This document shows positions 47,791 through 56,920 of a stretch of 64,000 nt of DNA, one piece after another. The notes beneath the pieces are model-generated. The model ran no database searches, was not told where the DNA came from, and saw only the letters and a list, made by a program, of their open reading frames with translations. Location: the NCBI GenBank assembly GCA_963771555.1, contig CAVYTM010000001.1, positions 332,859-396,858 of the forward strand, written 5' to 3'. The position numbers were made by a program, and so were the translations under genes. Position 1 is the stretch's first letter. Each line of letters begins with the position of its first letter. This DNA is from an uncultured Thermoplasmata archaeon (GTDB taxonomy: Archaea; Thermoplasmatota; Thermoplasmata; Lutacidiplasmatales; UBA184).

Positions 47791-49036
47791 GCGCGCCCGC
47801 GGGTCCGAGTCGAACTTCCCGGTAGCGGAAAACCGAAAGAACGACGAGCGCGAACGCGACCCCGCCGAAGAAGAGGTAGTAGCCGTCGTTCCCGAAACGT
47901 TCGACGAGCTGAGTGCCCACCACGAGACCCAGCACCATGCCGAGCGAGATCGTGAGGGAGTAGATCGCCATCGTCGTGCCTCGACTGAGCGCGAACGCGA
48001 GGTCGGCGAGCGCGGCCAGGGCCGCCGGCCCGTAGGCGAGCGCCGCGACGACGCAGATCGCCAGCGCCACGAGAAGTTCCGGCAGGGGACCGAAGGCGAT
48101 CAGCAGGGAGGCGGACACCATGACCCCCACGAACCCGGCGACGCCGATGTTCATCAGGCGGGTGCGGCCGTACCGGTCGGCGAGGCGGCCGAACCGGGGC
48201 TGCGTAACGACCAGAAAGAAGCCGCCCCCCGCGATACCGGCGGCGAGGTAGAGGTCCGAGAATCCGATGCCGGCCGACGCGCTACCGACGAAGACGAGCA
48301 CGTAGCCGATGAGCATGTAGACGACGAGCCACGGAAGGGTGACGAGGAGGACACCGCGGCGAAACGCGTTCCGAAGGACCTGGCCGACCGGGAACCCCTC
48401 GGCCGGAATCGTTCGAGGAACGGACCGAACCAGGTTCCATGCGACGAGGAAGCCCGCCAGCAGGGTGGCCGCCCCGAGAACGAACACCCACGGTAGGAAC
48501 GCGACCGAGATCAGGTGGCCCTGGAGCAGCCCGAGGATCGCGATCCCGAAGGCGAACCCTCCCAACCAGCCCGCGAGATTCATCGCGTCGAAACGACCCA
48601 TCTCGAGGCCCCGTTCGTCCGCCGTCGACCGGTCCGCGATGACCGCGAGGCTCGACGCCAGGATCGCCCCGCTCGCAATCCCGAAGACGAAGTTCAATGC
48701 CCCGAGCGCATAGACCGAGCGAGTGAGCGCGACGAGGCCGAAGAGGACGGCCGAGCCGACCATTCCGGTGAACAGCACCGGGAAGCGGCCGACCCGGTCG
48801 GTAGCGATCCCCGAGAGCAGGACGGTCGTGAACTCGCCGATCGGGGCCATCGCGGCGACGAGCCCGACGGTGCCCTCGTCGTTCCCGCTCAGGTTGGAGA
48901 GTCGGCCGAGGATGTAGCTCGCGAACACGGCGAGCGTGATGCCGAAGGCGAACCGCACGAAGAACGTCGCCCCGAACACCGCGAGCAGCGACCGGCGGTG
49001 GACGTCGGCGCTGGGGTCGGGCGTCGCCTCGACCAC
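47771..49036 (-). CDS. MFS transporter
   Basis: There are 12 TM helices, and the loop motifs are GIATDRVGRFPVLF and LADRYGRTRLM. Confidence 0.8.
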   Translation of the reverse strand: MVEATPDPSADVHRRSLLAVFGATFFVRFAFGITLAVFASYILGRLSNLSGNDEGTVGLVAAMAPIGEFTTVLLSGIATDRVGRFPVLFTGMVGSAVLFGLVALTRSVYALGALNFVFGIASGAILASSLAVIADRSTADERGLEMGRFDAMNLAGWLGGFAFGIAILGLLQGHLISVAFLPWVFVLGAATLLAGFLVAWNLVRSVPRTIPAEGFPVGQVLRNAFRRGVLLVTLPWLVVYMLIGYVLVFVGSASAGIGFSDLYLAAGIAGGGFFLVVTQPRFGRLADRYGRTRLMNIGVAGFVGVMVSASLLIAFGPLPELLVALAICVVAALAYGPAALAALADLAFALSRGTTMAIYSLTISLGMVLGLVVGTQLVERFGNDGYYLFFGGVAFALVVLSVFRYREVRLGPAGAPTIPAR

Positions 49037-49046
49037 AGCCGTCCGT

Positions 49047-49436
49047 CTAGCCTGCCGGCGGCGCGTGTTCGATCAGTTCGATCCAGACGTCGTTCGGGTC
49101 GAGGATGAACGCGATGCGGGAGGTGCCGCCCGAGAGACGGTACGGCTCCTTCGCGACCCGAACGCCCTTCGTGCGGATCTTCATCAGAAAGCGGTCGATG
49201 TCCTCGACCTCGAACGCGAGGTGGTCGAGCTGTTCACCGGGCTCGAACTGGTCCTTTCCTTCCCAGTGCGTGAGTTCGACGCGGGCCCCCGAAGCCGGGT
49301 CATGAACGAAGGCGATCTCGGCATGGTTCTCCGGGATCGTTCGGCGCCGCTCGAATTGGAGGCCGAGGACCTCCGTGTAGAACGCGAGGCTGTCCTCCAT
49401 GTTCCGGACCGTGATCGACGTGTGAAGGAACTTCAT
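49047..49436 (-). CDS. VOC family protein (glyoxalase I-like)
   Basis: MKFLHTSITVRNMEDSLAFYTEVLG ... HLAFEV ... AFILDPNDVWIELIE fits the family. Confidence 0.8.
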   Translation of the reverse strand: MKFLHTSITVRNMEDSLAFYTEVLGLQFERRRTIPENHAEIAFVHDPASGARVELTHWEGKDQFEPGEQLDHLAFEVEDIDRFLMKIRTKGVRVAKEPYRLSGGTSRIAFILDPNDVWIELIEHAPPAG

Positions 49437-49487
49437 TGCGAGCCCCACGAGAAGAGCGGTTCCCGATACAAAAGGTTCGGCGCGGCG

Positions 49488-51218
49488 TTACGGGTGCCCG
49501 TAGACCACGCGCAACGGGACGGAGCCGGGAGCCCAATCCGAATCGACCCGAACGAAGCCGACCCGCTCGAACTGGACGATATCCCCCGGCCGTGCGGCCG
49601 CGAGCGCGCGCTCTCCGAGGCCCGCGGAATGGTCCCCTTCGAGACCCAGCAGGTCGACCGACACCGGTCCCTCGGCCGCGACCCACTGTAGGCGGGGGAG
49701 CTTGCGATTCTCGCGGCTGGTAAACACTGCGCGCATCGCCCCGCTCGAGGGAGCGACCTCGCTATCCAGTCGAACGTTGAGAAGGTCTTTGAGGCGGATC
49801 TCCTCCCCCGCATGGGCCGCGAGGTCCCGACGAGGGAGGAAGAACGAGGGGCCGGCGGTGACGGTCCGGCTACCGAGGTCGGGCCGGTCGGGGTGGTTCG
49901 GGAGCGTTACCTGAGCGAGGTCGAACGGGTACCCCTCCACGTCCACGCGAACCGGGTCCGGCACGAACGCGCGGCGCACGGTCGTGGCGTCGATCCGTTT
50001 GCGATTCTCCGAGTAGAGCGTTTCCGCCGGAACCTCGATGTCGGCGAGCGACATGCCGAAGGAGAGGATGAACTGACGGAGCGCGTCCATCGAGATCCCG
50101 CGGCGCACGAGCGAACGGAGCGACCAGGTCCTTGGGTCGGAGAACCCGTCGTAGAGGCCGGACCGCACCTCCTTGTACGCCTTGCTCTTTGCGACCTTCG
50201 CCTCCCGGACCCGAAGGATTCCCCAGTGAAGGAAGGGAGGCCCGGGAATGCCGAGGAGGTCCCAGATGTACCGCTGCATGCGGTCCTCCATCACGAGGTC
50301 CTTCCCCCGCAGGACGTGCGTGACGCCGAGCTCGATATCGTCGACCGCCCAGGAGAACTCGAGCATCGGCCAGACCCGATACTTCCGTCCCACACGGGGA
50401 TGATCGATGTCGCTGATCCGGAGGAGGACGCGGTCGCGGAATGCCGGATCCGGGTCCGCCATATCGGTACGGAGCCGAAGGACGGCCTCCCCCGGACCGT
50501 AGCTGCCTCCGAGCATCTTCTCCCATTCCTCGATGGTTTCCGAGACGGCCTGGGAACGCTCGGGGCAGGCGACCCCCGCGACGCGGTTCTTCCCGAGGAG
50601 TTCCTGCGGGCAGCGGCAGACGTACGCACCGCCCTTGTCGATGACCCGTCGGGCCCAGGGATAGAAGGAGGGGATACGGTCGGATTTGTAATAGACCGCG
50701 TCCGGTCGGACTCCGGCGAGTTCGCAGTCGCCCGTGATCAGGTCGAAGAACTCGGTCTCGATGCGCTTCTCGGCGGAGCCGATCGTGTCGTCAAAGACGA
50801 GGAGGAGCTTCCCATTGTATCGTTCCCGGTACAACTGGTTGACGAAGAGCATCCGAGAGTTGCCGATGTGCAGGACGCCGCTCGGGAACGGCGCCATTCG
50901 AAGGACCACCTTTCCGCGGACCGCGCCGAGCAGTTCGGGGAAGTCGGGAGCTTCGCTCCTCGCCGCCCTCGGGGGCTCGGTGGCAGGACCCCCGAGAGTC
51001 GCGAGACGGTCCTCGATCTCCGCGGAGGGGAGTCCACGAATCTCGGCCACGATATCGGATACGAGCGAGCGAACGGCGTCGGCCTGGGGTCGGAGCGTGG
51101 CGTCCGTGGCCAGCAATCGGCCGACGATCGGTCCGGCCTCGGCGGCCCCGTCGTGAGCGAGGGCATTCTCTAGCGTCAGCCGTCGGGCCCGAACCTCGAC
51201 CTCGGGCGAGAGCACCAC
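49488..51218 (-). CDS. gltX: Glutamyl-tRNA synthetase, archaeal type
   Basis: The N-terminal helical domain is typical of archaeal GluRS. The class I signature is PSGVLHIGN (HIGH variant). WAVDDIELGVTHVLRGKD and SDPRTWSLRSLVRRG are also present. Confidence 0.88.
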   Translation of the reverse strand: MVLSPEVEVRARRLTLENALAHDGAAEAGPIVGRLLATDATLRPQADAVRSLVSDIVAEIRGLPSAEIEDRLATLGGPATEPPRAARSEAPDFPELLGAVRGKVVLRMAPFPSGVLHIGNSRMLFVNQLYRERYNGKLLLVFDDTIGSAEKRIETEFFDLITGDCELAGVRPDAVYYKSDRIPSFYPWARRVIDKGGAYVCRCPQELLGKNRVAGVACPERSQAVSETIEEWEKMLGGSYGPGEAVLRLRTDMADPDPAFRDRVLLRISDIDHPRVGRKYRVWPMLEFSWAVDDIELGVTHVLRGKDLVMEDRMQRYIWDLLGIPGPPFLHWGILRVREAKVAKSKAYKEVRSGLYDGFSDPRTWSLRSLVRRGISMDALRQFILSFGMSLADIEVPAETLYSENRKRIDATTVRRAFVPDPVRVDVEGYPFDLAQVTLPNHPDRPDLGSRTVTAGPSFFLPRRDLAAHAGEEIRLKDLLNVRLDSEVAPSSGAMRAVFTSRENRKLPRLQWVAAEGPVSVDLLGLEGDHSAGLGERALAAARPGDIVQFERVGFVRVDSDWAPGSVPLRVVYGHP

Positions 51219-51241
51219 GAGGGCGCCGACCTTCCGGCGGG

Positions 51242-52051
51242 TTAAAGGGGTTCCCGGTGGGACGCCGTCTCGGGAGAGGCACGAGATCGCCCCGGACGTG
51301 CCAACGCCTCCGCGACCGCTTCGGCGAGGGTGATCTCTCCCTGGAGGACGCGGTTCGCGCTCGACCGGGAGATCGTAAGCCGGCCCCCGCTCCCCTCCCG
51401 GCTAAGGCGCTGAAGGTTCGCGACGTCGCCGGGGGTGAACGTGAGAGGTATCGGTTCCCGTACCGGCCGGCCCCGGGAATGGGCGATGGACCGGGCGGCG
51501 GCGGCGTCCCGCGGCCGCCGGTGGCCCCGAGGAGTGGTTCCCTGTTCGTCCACCAATTCGACCGATCGTTGGTGTTCGAGCAGAGAATTGACGATGCGAT
51601 TACGGGTCGGCGGGTCGCCCTTGCCAACCCGGAAGAGCACCGGACGCGATGGGAATCGATGCCGAAGGTGGCCCGCCAGCGTTCCGGCCGTCTCGGGAGA
51701 CTCGAGCTCGCCCTCGCCGAGTAGAGTCGCCCCGGCAAGGATAGAATAGCCCGGTCGAGGACCCGGGTCGATCCCCACGATGATCGCCTCCGCCGCGTCG
51801 GCCGACTCGAGCGCGTGACGGACCGCGGCGGCCAAGCTTCGGCGGTCGAGGGTCTCCCCTACCGTCAGCACGTTCGAGTGCGAGATCAGCGGCGCCTCCG
51901 CGTTCGACGTGAGCACGGCGGCGACCTGATCGGGGATCCGATCGCCGGGAAGAAGGCTGATGGTCGGAACGCGTCGCTCGCGCAAGAATCCCGCGAGCTC
52001 ATGATAGAGCCCGGGGTCCCGAGTCACGAGTGCGACCGTTCGATGTCTCAC
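51242..52051 (-). CDS. Hypothetical protein with a possible RNase H-fold (RuvC/YqgF-like) segment
   Basis: IIVGIDPGPRPGYSIL resembles the first strand and Asp of RuvC-like nucleases. Nothing else is recognised. Confidence 0.4.
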   Translation of the reverse strand: MRHRTVALVTRDPGLYHELAGFLRERRVPTISLLPGDRIPDQVAAVLTSNAEAPLISHSNVLTVGETLDRRSLAAAVRHALESADAAEAIIVGIDPGPRPGYSILAGATLLGEGELESPETAGTLAGHLRHRFPSRPVLFRVGKGDPPTRNRIVNSLLEHQRSVELVDEQGTTPRGHRRPRDAAAARSIAHSRGRPVREPIPLTFTPGDVANLQRLSREGSGGRLTISRSSANRVLQGEITLAEAVAEALARPGRSRASPETASHREPL

Positions 52052-52084
52052 TGACCCCCCTGACGGTGATATACGCCATTAACC

Positions 52085-52471
52085 TTGCCCCCGCTCGTGC
52101 TGGTCTGTCTCCACTGCGGCGAGCTTGCCAACGACGGCGCATTGTTCTGCACGAAGTGCGGCTTCACGCTGCCTCAAGTTGATACCGGCGCGGGGGTCAA
52201 TCCGACCCTCCCGCCACGTCCGTCGAACCTTCCTGGGAACGCTCCCGCTCCCACGCCGCTTACCGGTGTCCCGTCGCCGACCATGCCGGGACCCACGGTC
52301 GGTTTGCCACCAGTGTACCCGCCCGGAGGGTACGCACTTCTCTCCCCTCCCGTTCCCGGTGCCGTCGGCCCCATGCCACCGCCTCCCGCGGGCAAGTACT
52401 GTATTCGATGCCGAACCGTCATCAGCCGCGTCGCTGTTTATTGCCCGGTATGCCAGCAGCCCCAATCGTGA
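52085..52471 (+). CDS. Double zinc-ribbon protein with a Pro-rich linker
   Basis: CLHCGELANDGALFCTKCG lies at the N-terminus and CIRCRTVISRVAVYCPVCQ at the C-terminus, separated by about 80 Pro/Gly-rich residues. The start is an alternative codon. Confidence 0.5.
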   Translation: MPPLVLVCLHCGELANDGALFCTKCGFTLPQVDTGAGVNPTLPPRPSNLPGNAPAPTPLTGVPSPTMPGPTVGLPPVYPPGGYALLSPPVPGAVGPMPPPPAGKYCIRCRTVISRVAVYCPVCQQPQS

Positions 52472-52914
52472 AGCGCACGGGGCGCAAGGGACGCCGGACC
52501 GGGACCATGGTCCGGATCGCCCGCGAGCGGGTTTCCGACTTGTTCGCGCTGGCCGAGCGGGAATCGCTCCACCGCCACACGGAACTCGCCGACCGGTACG
52601 TGACCCTCGCACGTCGCATCGGCATGCGCTACAACGTTCGCCTCTTGCGCGAGTATCGGGAGCTCTATTGTCGGGCGTGTTCGGCGTATTGGGTGGAAGG
52701 TCGGACGGTGCGAACGCGTCTGCGAGCGGGACGGCGAGTGAGAACCTGCCTCAAGTGCGGGCACCAACGTCGAACGTTGTCCCGGATTCCGCGGTTGCCC
52801 GACGTCAAACTCTCCGACGCGAGGCCGCGCCAGGCCCGGCGCGACGAGGGGGCCCTCTCGATACCAATCCCCGATGAGCCCGACCTTGCGGACGAGGAAA
52901 CGGAAGACGAATAA
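52450..52914 (+). CDS. rnp4: RNase P protein component 4 (Rpp21/Rpr2 family)
   Basis: IARERVSDLFALAE...LADRYVTLARRIGMRYNVRL...YCRACSAYWVEGRTVRTRL...TCLKCGH fits the family. The tail is acidic. Confidence 0.8.
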   Translation: MPAAPIVKRTGRKGRRTGTMVRIARERVSDLFALAERESLHRHTELADRYVTLARRIGMRYNVRLLREYRELYCRACSAYWVEGRTVRTRLRAGRRVRTCLKCGHQRRTLSRIPRLPDVKLSDARPRQARRDEGALSIPIPDEPDLADEETEDE

Positions 52915-52941
52915 GGCCGGCCGACTCCTCGAGCCGGCGAC

Positions 52942-53024
52942 GCCGGGGTGGCCGAGCGGCCAAAGGCGGCAGACTCAAGATCTGCTCTCGCAGGAGTTCC
53001 CAGGTTCGAATCCTGGCCCCGGCA
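52942..53024 (+). tRNA. tRNA-Leu (anticodon CAA), class II with a long variable arm, no encoded CCA
   Basis: Acceptor GCCGGGG/CCCCGGC with discriminator A, D-loop GCCGAGCGGCCAAAGGC, anticodon loop CUCAAGA, T-arm CCAGG-UUCGAAU-CCUGG. Confidence 0.9.
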
Positions 53025-53079
53025 TAAGAAACTCCTTGCTCTGCCCCCTAAGGCTCCACCGTTGCAAAGCGGCTCCTTC

Positions 53080-53622
53080 TCAGAGCAAGGGCGCGTTGGA
53101 TTCGGTCGCCGTGTAGTTGTAGATCTCTTCCCAATCGAAATTCCAAGCTTGGCCAGACGTGTCGTTGGTGGTGATTAGGAAGGGGTCTCCGCACGGGGCA
53201 CGGGCCCCGCAGTAAAAGGAGTAGCCTCCGAAACTCAGGTTCGATGATGTGTAGAGGACCACGGGTTGAGGGTACCCCTGATCACTCTCGAATCCGAACG
53301 TGAGCGGCTGGCCGTCATGGGTGGACCAGTTGAAGGCGACCCAGAGGTCGCTGCAGAGGAAGGTAGAAGTTCCCACGCACTGGCTCGGAGGCGGAGTGAG
53401 GTCACCGCTGTCAAATTCATAGAATTGAGCCGCGTCGTTTAGCGTGTGCCACTCGATGCCCGTTTGCTGAACGGTGCGAACTGGAACTGGCCAGAGGGCG
53501 GTCGCAACGAACAGACAGATAACGACGACCAGGCAAATGATCAGGATAGCCGATATTCTCTTCCAAGGCCAAATTCGCATTGGGGGTGAGCCATCGTTCG
53601 ACACGGTCCCTCCTCCCGTCAT
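53080..53622 (-). CDS. Hypothetical membrane-anchored extracellular protein (lower-GC island)
   Basis: The anchor is ISAILIICLVVVICLFVATAL, and the ectodomain is Cys-containing. The start is ATG 53622 or 53580. Confidence 0.45.
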   Translation of the reverse strand: MTGGGTVSNDGSPPMRIWPWKRISAILIICLVVVICLFVATALWPVPVRTVQQTGIEWHTLNDAAQFYEFDSGDLTPPPSQCVGTSTFLCSDLWVAFNWSTHDGQPLTFGFESDQGYPQPVVLYTSSNLSFGGYSFYCGARAPCGDPFLITTNDTSGQAWNFDWEEIYNYTATESNAPLL

Positions 53623-53898
53623 GACACGACGGGTAGGTCGCACCGGCCGATGAATATTTGCGCGGAGACTATCGCATGAAGCGCCAGAAATCCTGGTGAC
53701 GTCCCCCACCGGTGCATGCGGTGGGAGCGCCGGTTCGAGCCGGCGCGCTTGACAACTCCAAAGTTGGTTGAAAAGGGCTCCGTTTTGCGACAAGAGGCCG
53801 CGAGCTCGCACCGTTTCCTAACGAGGGGGTCGTGTAACGGGGGTGTTCTTTGCACGGAGGCTCATGTCCCCATCTCGATCGCCTCGTTCGGGGACTCG

Positions 53899-53930
53899 TC
53901 TAGAATCGGAAGATTCGTTCCGTGCCTGGC
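53899..53930 (+). repeat. Copy 1 of a conserved intergenic element (TCTAGAATCGGAAGATTCGTTCCGTGCCTGGC)
   Basis: 29 of 32 positions are identical to copy 3. It contains the palindrome GAATC-GGAA-GATTC. Confidence 0.6.
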
Positions 53931-53996
53931 TTGAGTACTGCCAATTTCTTCGAATCCCAGAAAACGGGGGTTGTTGCGGATTAACCGTTACACAAG

Positions 53997-54043
53997 CCTA
54001 GAATCCGAAGATCCGTTCCAGGCGTGGCCCCGGCATCTGAACC
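53997..54043 (+). repeat. Copy 2 of the conserved intergenic element
   Basis: CCTAGAATCCGAAGATCCGTTCCAGGCGTGGCCCCGGCATCTGAACC is identical to copy 3 at 37 of 47 positions. Confidence 0.6.
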
Positions 54044-54118
54044 TTCCAAGACGGTACGATCCGGCTTGGCTCAGCCTCGCACCGCCCCAGAAGTCCAGGG
54101 TCGGCCGAGGTGCGTCGG

Positions 54119-54127
54119 AAAATATAT
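54119..54127 (+). promoter_or_regulatory. TATA-like box AAAATATAT upstream of ATG 54160
   Basis: This is the only AT-only nonamer in the region. It lies 33-41 nt upstream of the start codon. Confidence 0.45.
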
Positions 54128-54159
54128 CCCGCGGGCGCAACCAGACTAGAACTTCGAGC

Positions 54160-55653
54160 ATGCCACGAGAACATTGGAAGCCGATCGTTGCGGTGAGTAT
54201 CGTGGTGGTCCTCGCGGTGACCGGGATAGCGGGCTTCCTCTACTTCTCGGGATCCACCCCGACCCCGGCCCCGTCGCCCAGCCGCTGCGCGTCGTCAGCG
54301 ACCGCGCCGGAAACCGTGGCACCGGGCTGGCAGGCATCCTACCGCGCCGGCTGCCTGGACGCCGCGGGTAACCTGATGGGCGGGTCGGAGCTGATGCACT
54401 TGGTGGCTCACGACGGGATGCTGTTTGCTGCCGTTGGCTACTGGGAAGACACAGCCAACATCAACTACGGAGGCACCAATTCCAGCGAGGGTTGGGCACA
54501 GATTCTGCGTCTGGACGCGCCGAACGGACAGTGGGCCGTGGACCTGACCATGAACCGGGTGGTCCGGCCGGACATTCTCGATTCGGTGACGTTCACCACG
54601 AATGGGGCCGGAGAACCCTTGAGCCAACCCGTCACCCTATTGATCACGGCGGCCTGTCTGGGCAACGCCGGCGCCGACCTCTACACGCGGAACGATACCA
54701 CCGGGCAATGGGTGACGAGCACGATCGTCCCGGGCCCAACCGGCCCGGGCTGCGACGCCCGGGCCGATGCGGTCTATCAGGACCCCATCACGGGAGTGGA
54801 CCGGCTCTTCGTTTCGCTCGGTGACCTGGGTGTCTATTCCGGCGTGTACGACCCCACCGCCCCCGGTGATATTCTCTGGAGTCGCACTTCGGAATCGGGT
54901 CGGGTCGCAGTTCGGCCCTTGGCCATCGTCGAGGCGAATGGAAACCTGTTCGCTTCCTCGGGCGCGTTGGTCTACGAACGCGTCAATGGCCCCTCCCCCA
55001 GTTGGCGGGTGCTCGTGAACGAGAACCACCTTCCGGGGGGAACCACTCTCAATCCGGCCGTGGGAGGGATCCGGGGGTTGACCGCGGTGCCCCACCCGAC
55101 CGGTTCCGGGCAGTCGCTCCTTTTCCTTTGGGTGCCCGGAAATCAGTCCATGGGGGATATCGTCCGCTTGGATCCGAATGGAAGCGGCGGCTACACGACC
55201 ACGATCGAGACCTCGCTCTCGCCCCTCGCGAGCAAGTATCTGAACACTTCAGCGTATATCGTCCTCGGCGCCTACAACAACATCCTGCCCGTCACCGATC
55301 CGGCGACGGGCGCCGTGGACTACGTAATCGGCCTGCAAACCTGGGTCCGCAACACCACCGGACTCCCGACGATGTGGTGGGGCAACGCGAGCGGCGGCAC
55401 CTATGCGGGAGCACTCTACGCCATTCGGAACAGCACCGGGAGCTACAGCATGGGCGGAGTCAACGGGAAGATCGAGGCGGGTAACCCGCCGCTGGAGGCC
55501 ATCCGCTCCTATGCCATCTCGCCCTTTCCCTCCGATCATGGCAACGTGATCTACTTCGGAGGGTACGACGCCGACGATCATCTATGTAACGACACGGCGT
55601 GGGTCTTCAGCACGACCCTTTCGAACGCGCTCGGCGAAGGGGACAACGTCTAG
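54160..55653 (+). CDS. Hypothetical membrane-anchored extracellular protein, probably a beta-propeller-like repeat protein
   Basis: The N-terminal anchor is IVAVSIVVVLAVTGIAGFLYF, followed by a Pro/Thr linker and then Gly/Asn/Thr-rich repeats. I chose the start at ATG 54160 in track ORF 53971..55653. Confidence 0.55.
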   Translation: MPREHWKPIVAVSIVVVLAVTGIAGFLYFSGSTPTPAPSPSRCASSATAPETVAPGWQASYRAGCLDAAGNLMGGSELMHLVAHDGMLFAAVGYWEDTANINYGGTNSSEGWAQILRLDAPNGQWAVDLTMNRVVRPDILDSVTFTTNGAGEPLSQPVTLLITAACLGNAGADLYTRNDTTGQWVTSTIVPGPTGPGCDARADAVYQDPITGVDRLFVSLGDLGVYSGVYDPTAPGDILWSRTSESGRVAVRPLAIVEANGNLFASSGALVYERVNGPSPSWRVLVNENHLPGGTTLNPAVGGIRGLTAVPHPTGSGQSLLFLWVPGNQSMGDIVRLDPNGSGGYTTTIETSLSPLASKYLNTSAYIVLGAYNNILPVTDPATGAVDYVIGLQTWVRNTTGLPTMWWGNASGGTYAGALYAIRNSTGSYSMGGVNGKIEAGNPPLEAIRSYAISPFPSDHGNVIYFGGYDADDHLCNDTAWVFSTTLSNALGEGDNV

Positions 55654-55816
55654 AGGGTCACCGACCCGCCGTCGGGCCTCCGCCAGCACGGCCATCTCAA
55701 GTCGACCGGGCCGGTCGCCGGCCAATACCGATTCGAGGCTTCCTTGACTACGCATAATCCGGAAGGGATCGACGTAACGGAACGAGGCCTACCTTGATTG
55801 CCTGTTTAGGCGCTGT

Positions 55817-55863
55817 TCTAGAATCCGAATATTCCTTCCGTGCCTGGCCCCGGAATCCGAACT
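55817..55863 (+). repeat. Copy 3 of the conserved intergenic element
   Basis: The sequence is TCTAGAATCCGAATATTCCTTCCGTGCCTGGCCCCGGAATCCGAACT. It contains GAATCCGAA twice, 32 nt apart. Confidence 0.6.
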
Positions 55864-56069
55864 GATTCGACTCCGTTGGTGAGTGACCCTCCCCCGGCAG
55901 GAGTTCGCAGTCCCCGGAGAAACGAAAGATGCCGATCCCGAACCTCAACACTGTCGGCGATTGAAATCGCGGGCCGAATCTCGATCCAAGACTTCGGTGT
56001 GCTCCTTCAGGCCGCTAAGCTCATCTGTTAGTAGGCCCCACCGAGTCCTCGCCGACCCGAGAAACCCAG

Positions 56070-56672
56070 ATGGTCGACTCCTGCTACATTTGCCGTCGAA
56101 CCCAGGTGGACCTCGACCACCTCAACGAGGAGATTCGTACTCGGGTGTACCTCTCGTACTTCAGTAACGCCCGGAGCCAAATCGACGAGCAACGGAGGAA
56201 GATTGCCTTCCTTCAACGACTTCACGACGAAGAGAGCGGAGACGCGCACTTCCGGATCAACGCCCAGCAGGTGTTCGGCGATCCCTTGGCCTACAAGAAA
56301 CTCATGCCGTGGATCGAGACGCTCATGGAGATCGTCGCCGCCTCCGAAAAGGGTCGGCAGAGTTCGGGGACCATGGCCGACCTGATCAAGGAACTTCTCG
56401 TGGAAGAGCATCGAACCACCACGAGCATGGAGGAGGGGCTGAACCACCTGCGGGAAGGATTTGCCACGGGCGGCAAGTCTCCCCTCTCTCTGGTGGCGAT
56501 CATCTCAGCGTTCCCGGTCGATTGGACGATCGTTGGGTTTCCCTTCGGGTGGATCGCGAGCCAAGCGAACGATCGCGAACCCCTGCTACGAACGGCCGGG
56601 CAGTCGAAGGCCATGGTGGAGATTCCGTTGCACATCTGCTCCGTCTGCCAACGCATCGTGCAAAAGGGGTAG
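56070..56672 (+). CDS. Hypothetical protein with a split CxxC...CxxC pair (possible zinc ribbon formed by the two termini)
   Basis: CYIC lies at residues 5-8 and CSVC at residues 190-193, with a helical middle and a short hydrophobic segment (LSLVAIISAFPVDWTIVGFPFGWI). Confidence 0.5.
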   Translation: MVDSCYICRRTQVDLDHLNEEIRTRVYLSYFSNARSQIDEQRRKIAFLQRLHDEESGDAHFRINAQQVFGDPLAYKKLMPWIETLMEIVAASEKGRQSSGTMADLIKELLVEEHRTTTSMEEGLNHLREGFATGGKSPLSLVAIISAFPVDWTIVGFPFGWIASQANDREPLLRTAGQSKAMVEIPLHICSVCQRIVQKG

Positions 56673-56920
56673 TCGCCGAGACGTCGGCCCCTTCGAATCC
56701 GATTGCCGCGGGTCGATCGTCGATAGCCACTTCCGGGGGAAGGATGCCCCGGACTCATCGTCGGAGAAGGGAGGCTCATCGATTCGGTCTCGGTCGACGA
56801 GAGATTCGCGATCGAGGCTCCTCGGCGCAAGCGCATCCCACCAAACATTCTTAAACTGACATCCCAAAACCCCCGAGTCCACGGGCTGCCCTCAGCCCGC
56901 TGGCTGGGGAGAACTGGGCC

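Noticed and set aside
49488-51218. GluRS has HIGN instead of HIGH and FDDT instead of the usual EDTD. This suggested a paralogue with altered function.
   Set aside because: All other GluRS hallmarks are present, including the archaeal N-terminal domain, the catalytic core and the anticodon-binding region. Signature variants of this kind occur in genuine synthetases. It is not distinguishable without an alignment.
52942-53100. tRNA-Leu as an integration site for a mobile element.
   Set aside because: No integrase or recombinase gene, no duplicated tRNA 3' end and no terminal inverted repeats were seen within the island. I kept only the weaker compositional observation as a finding.
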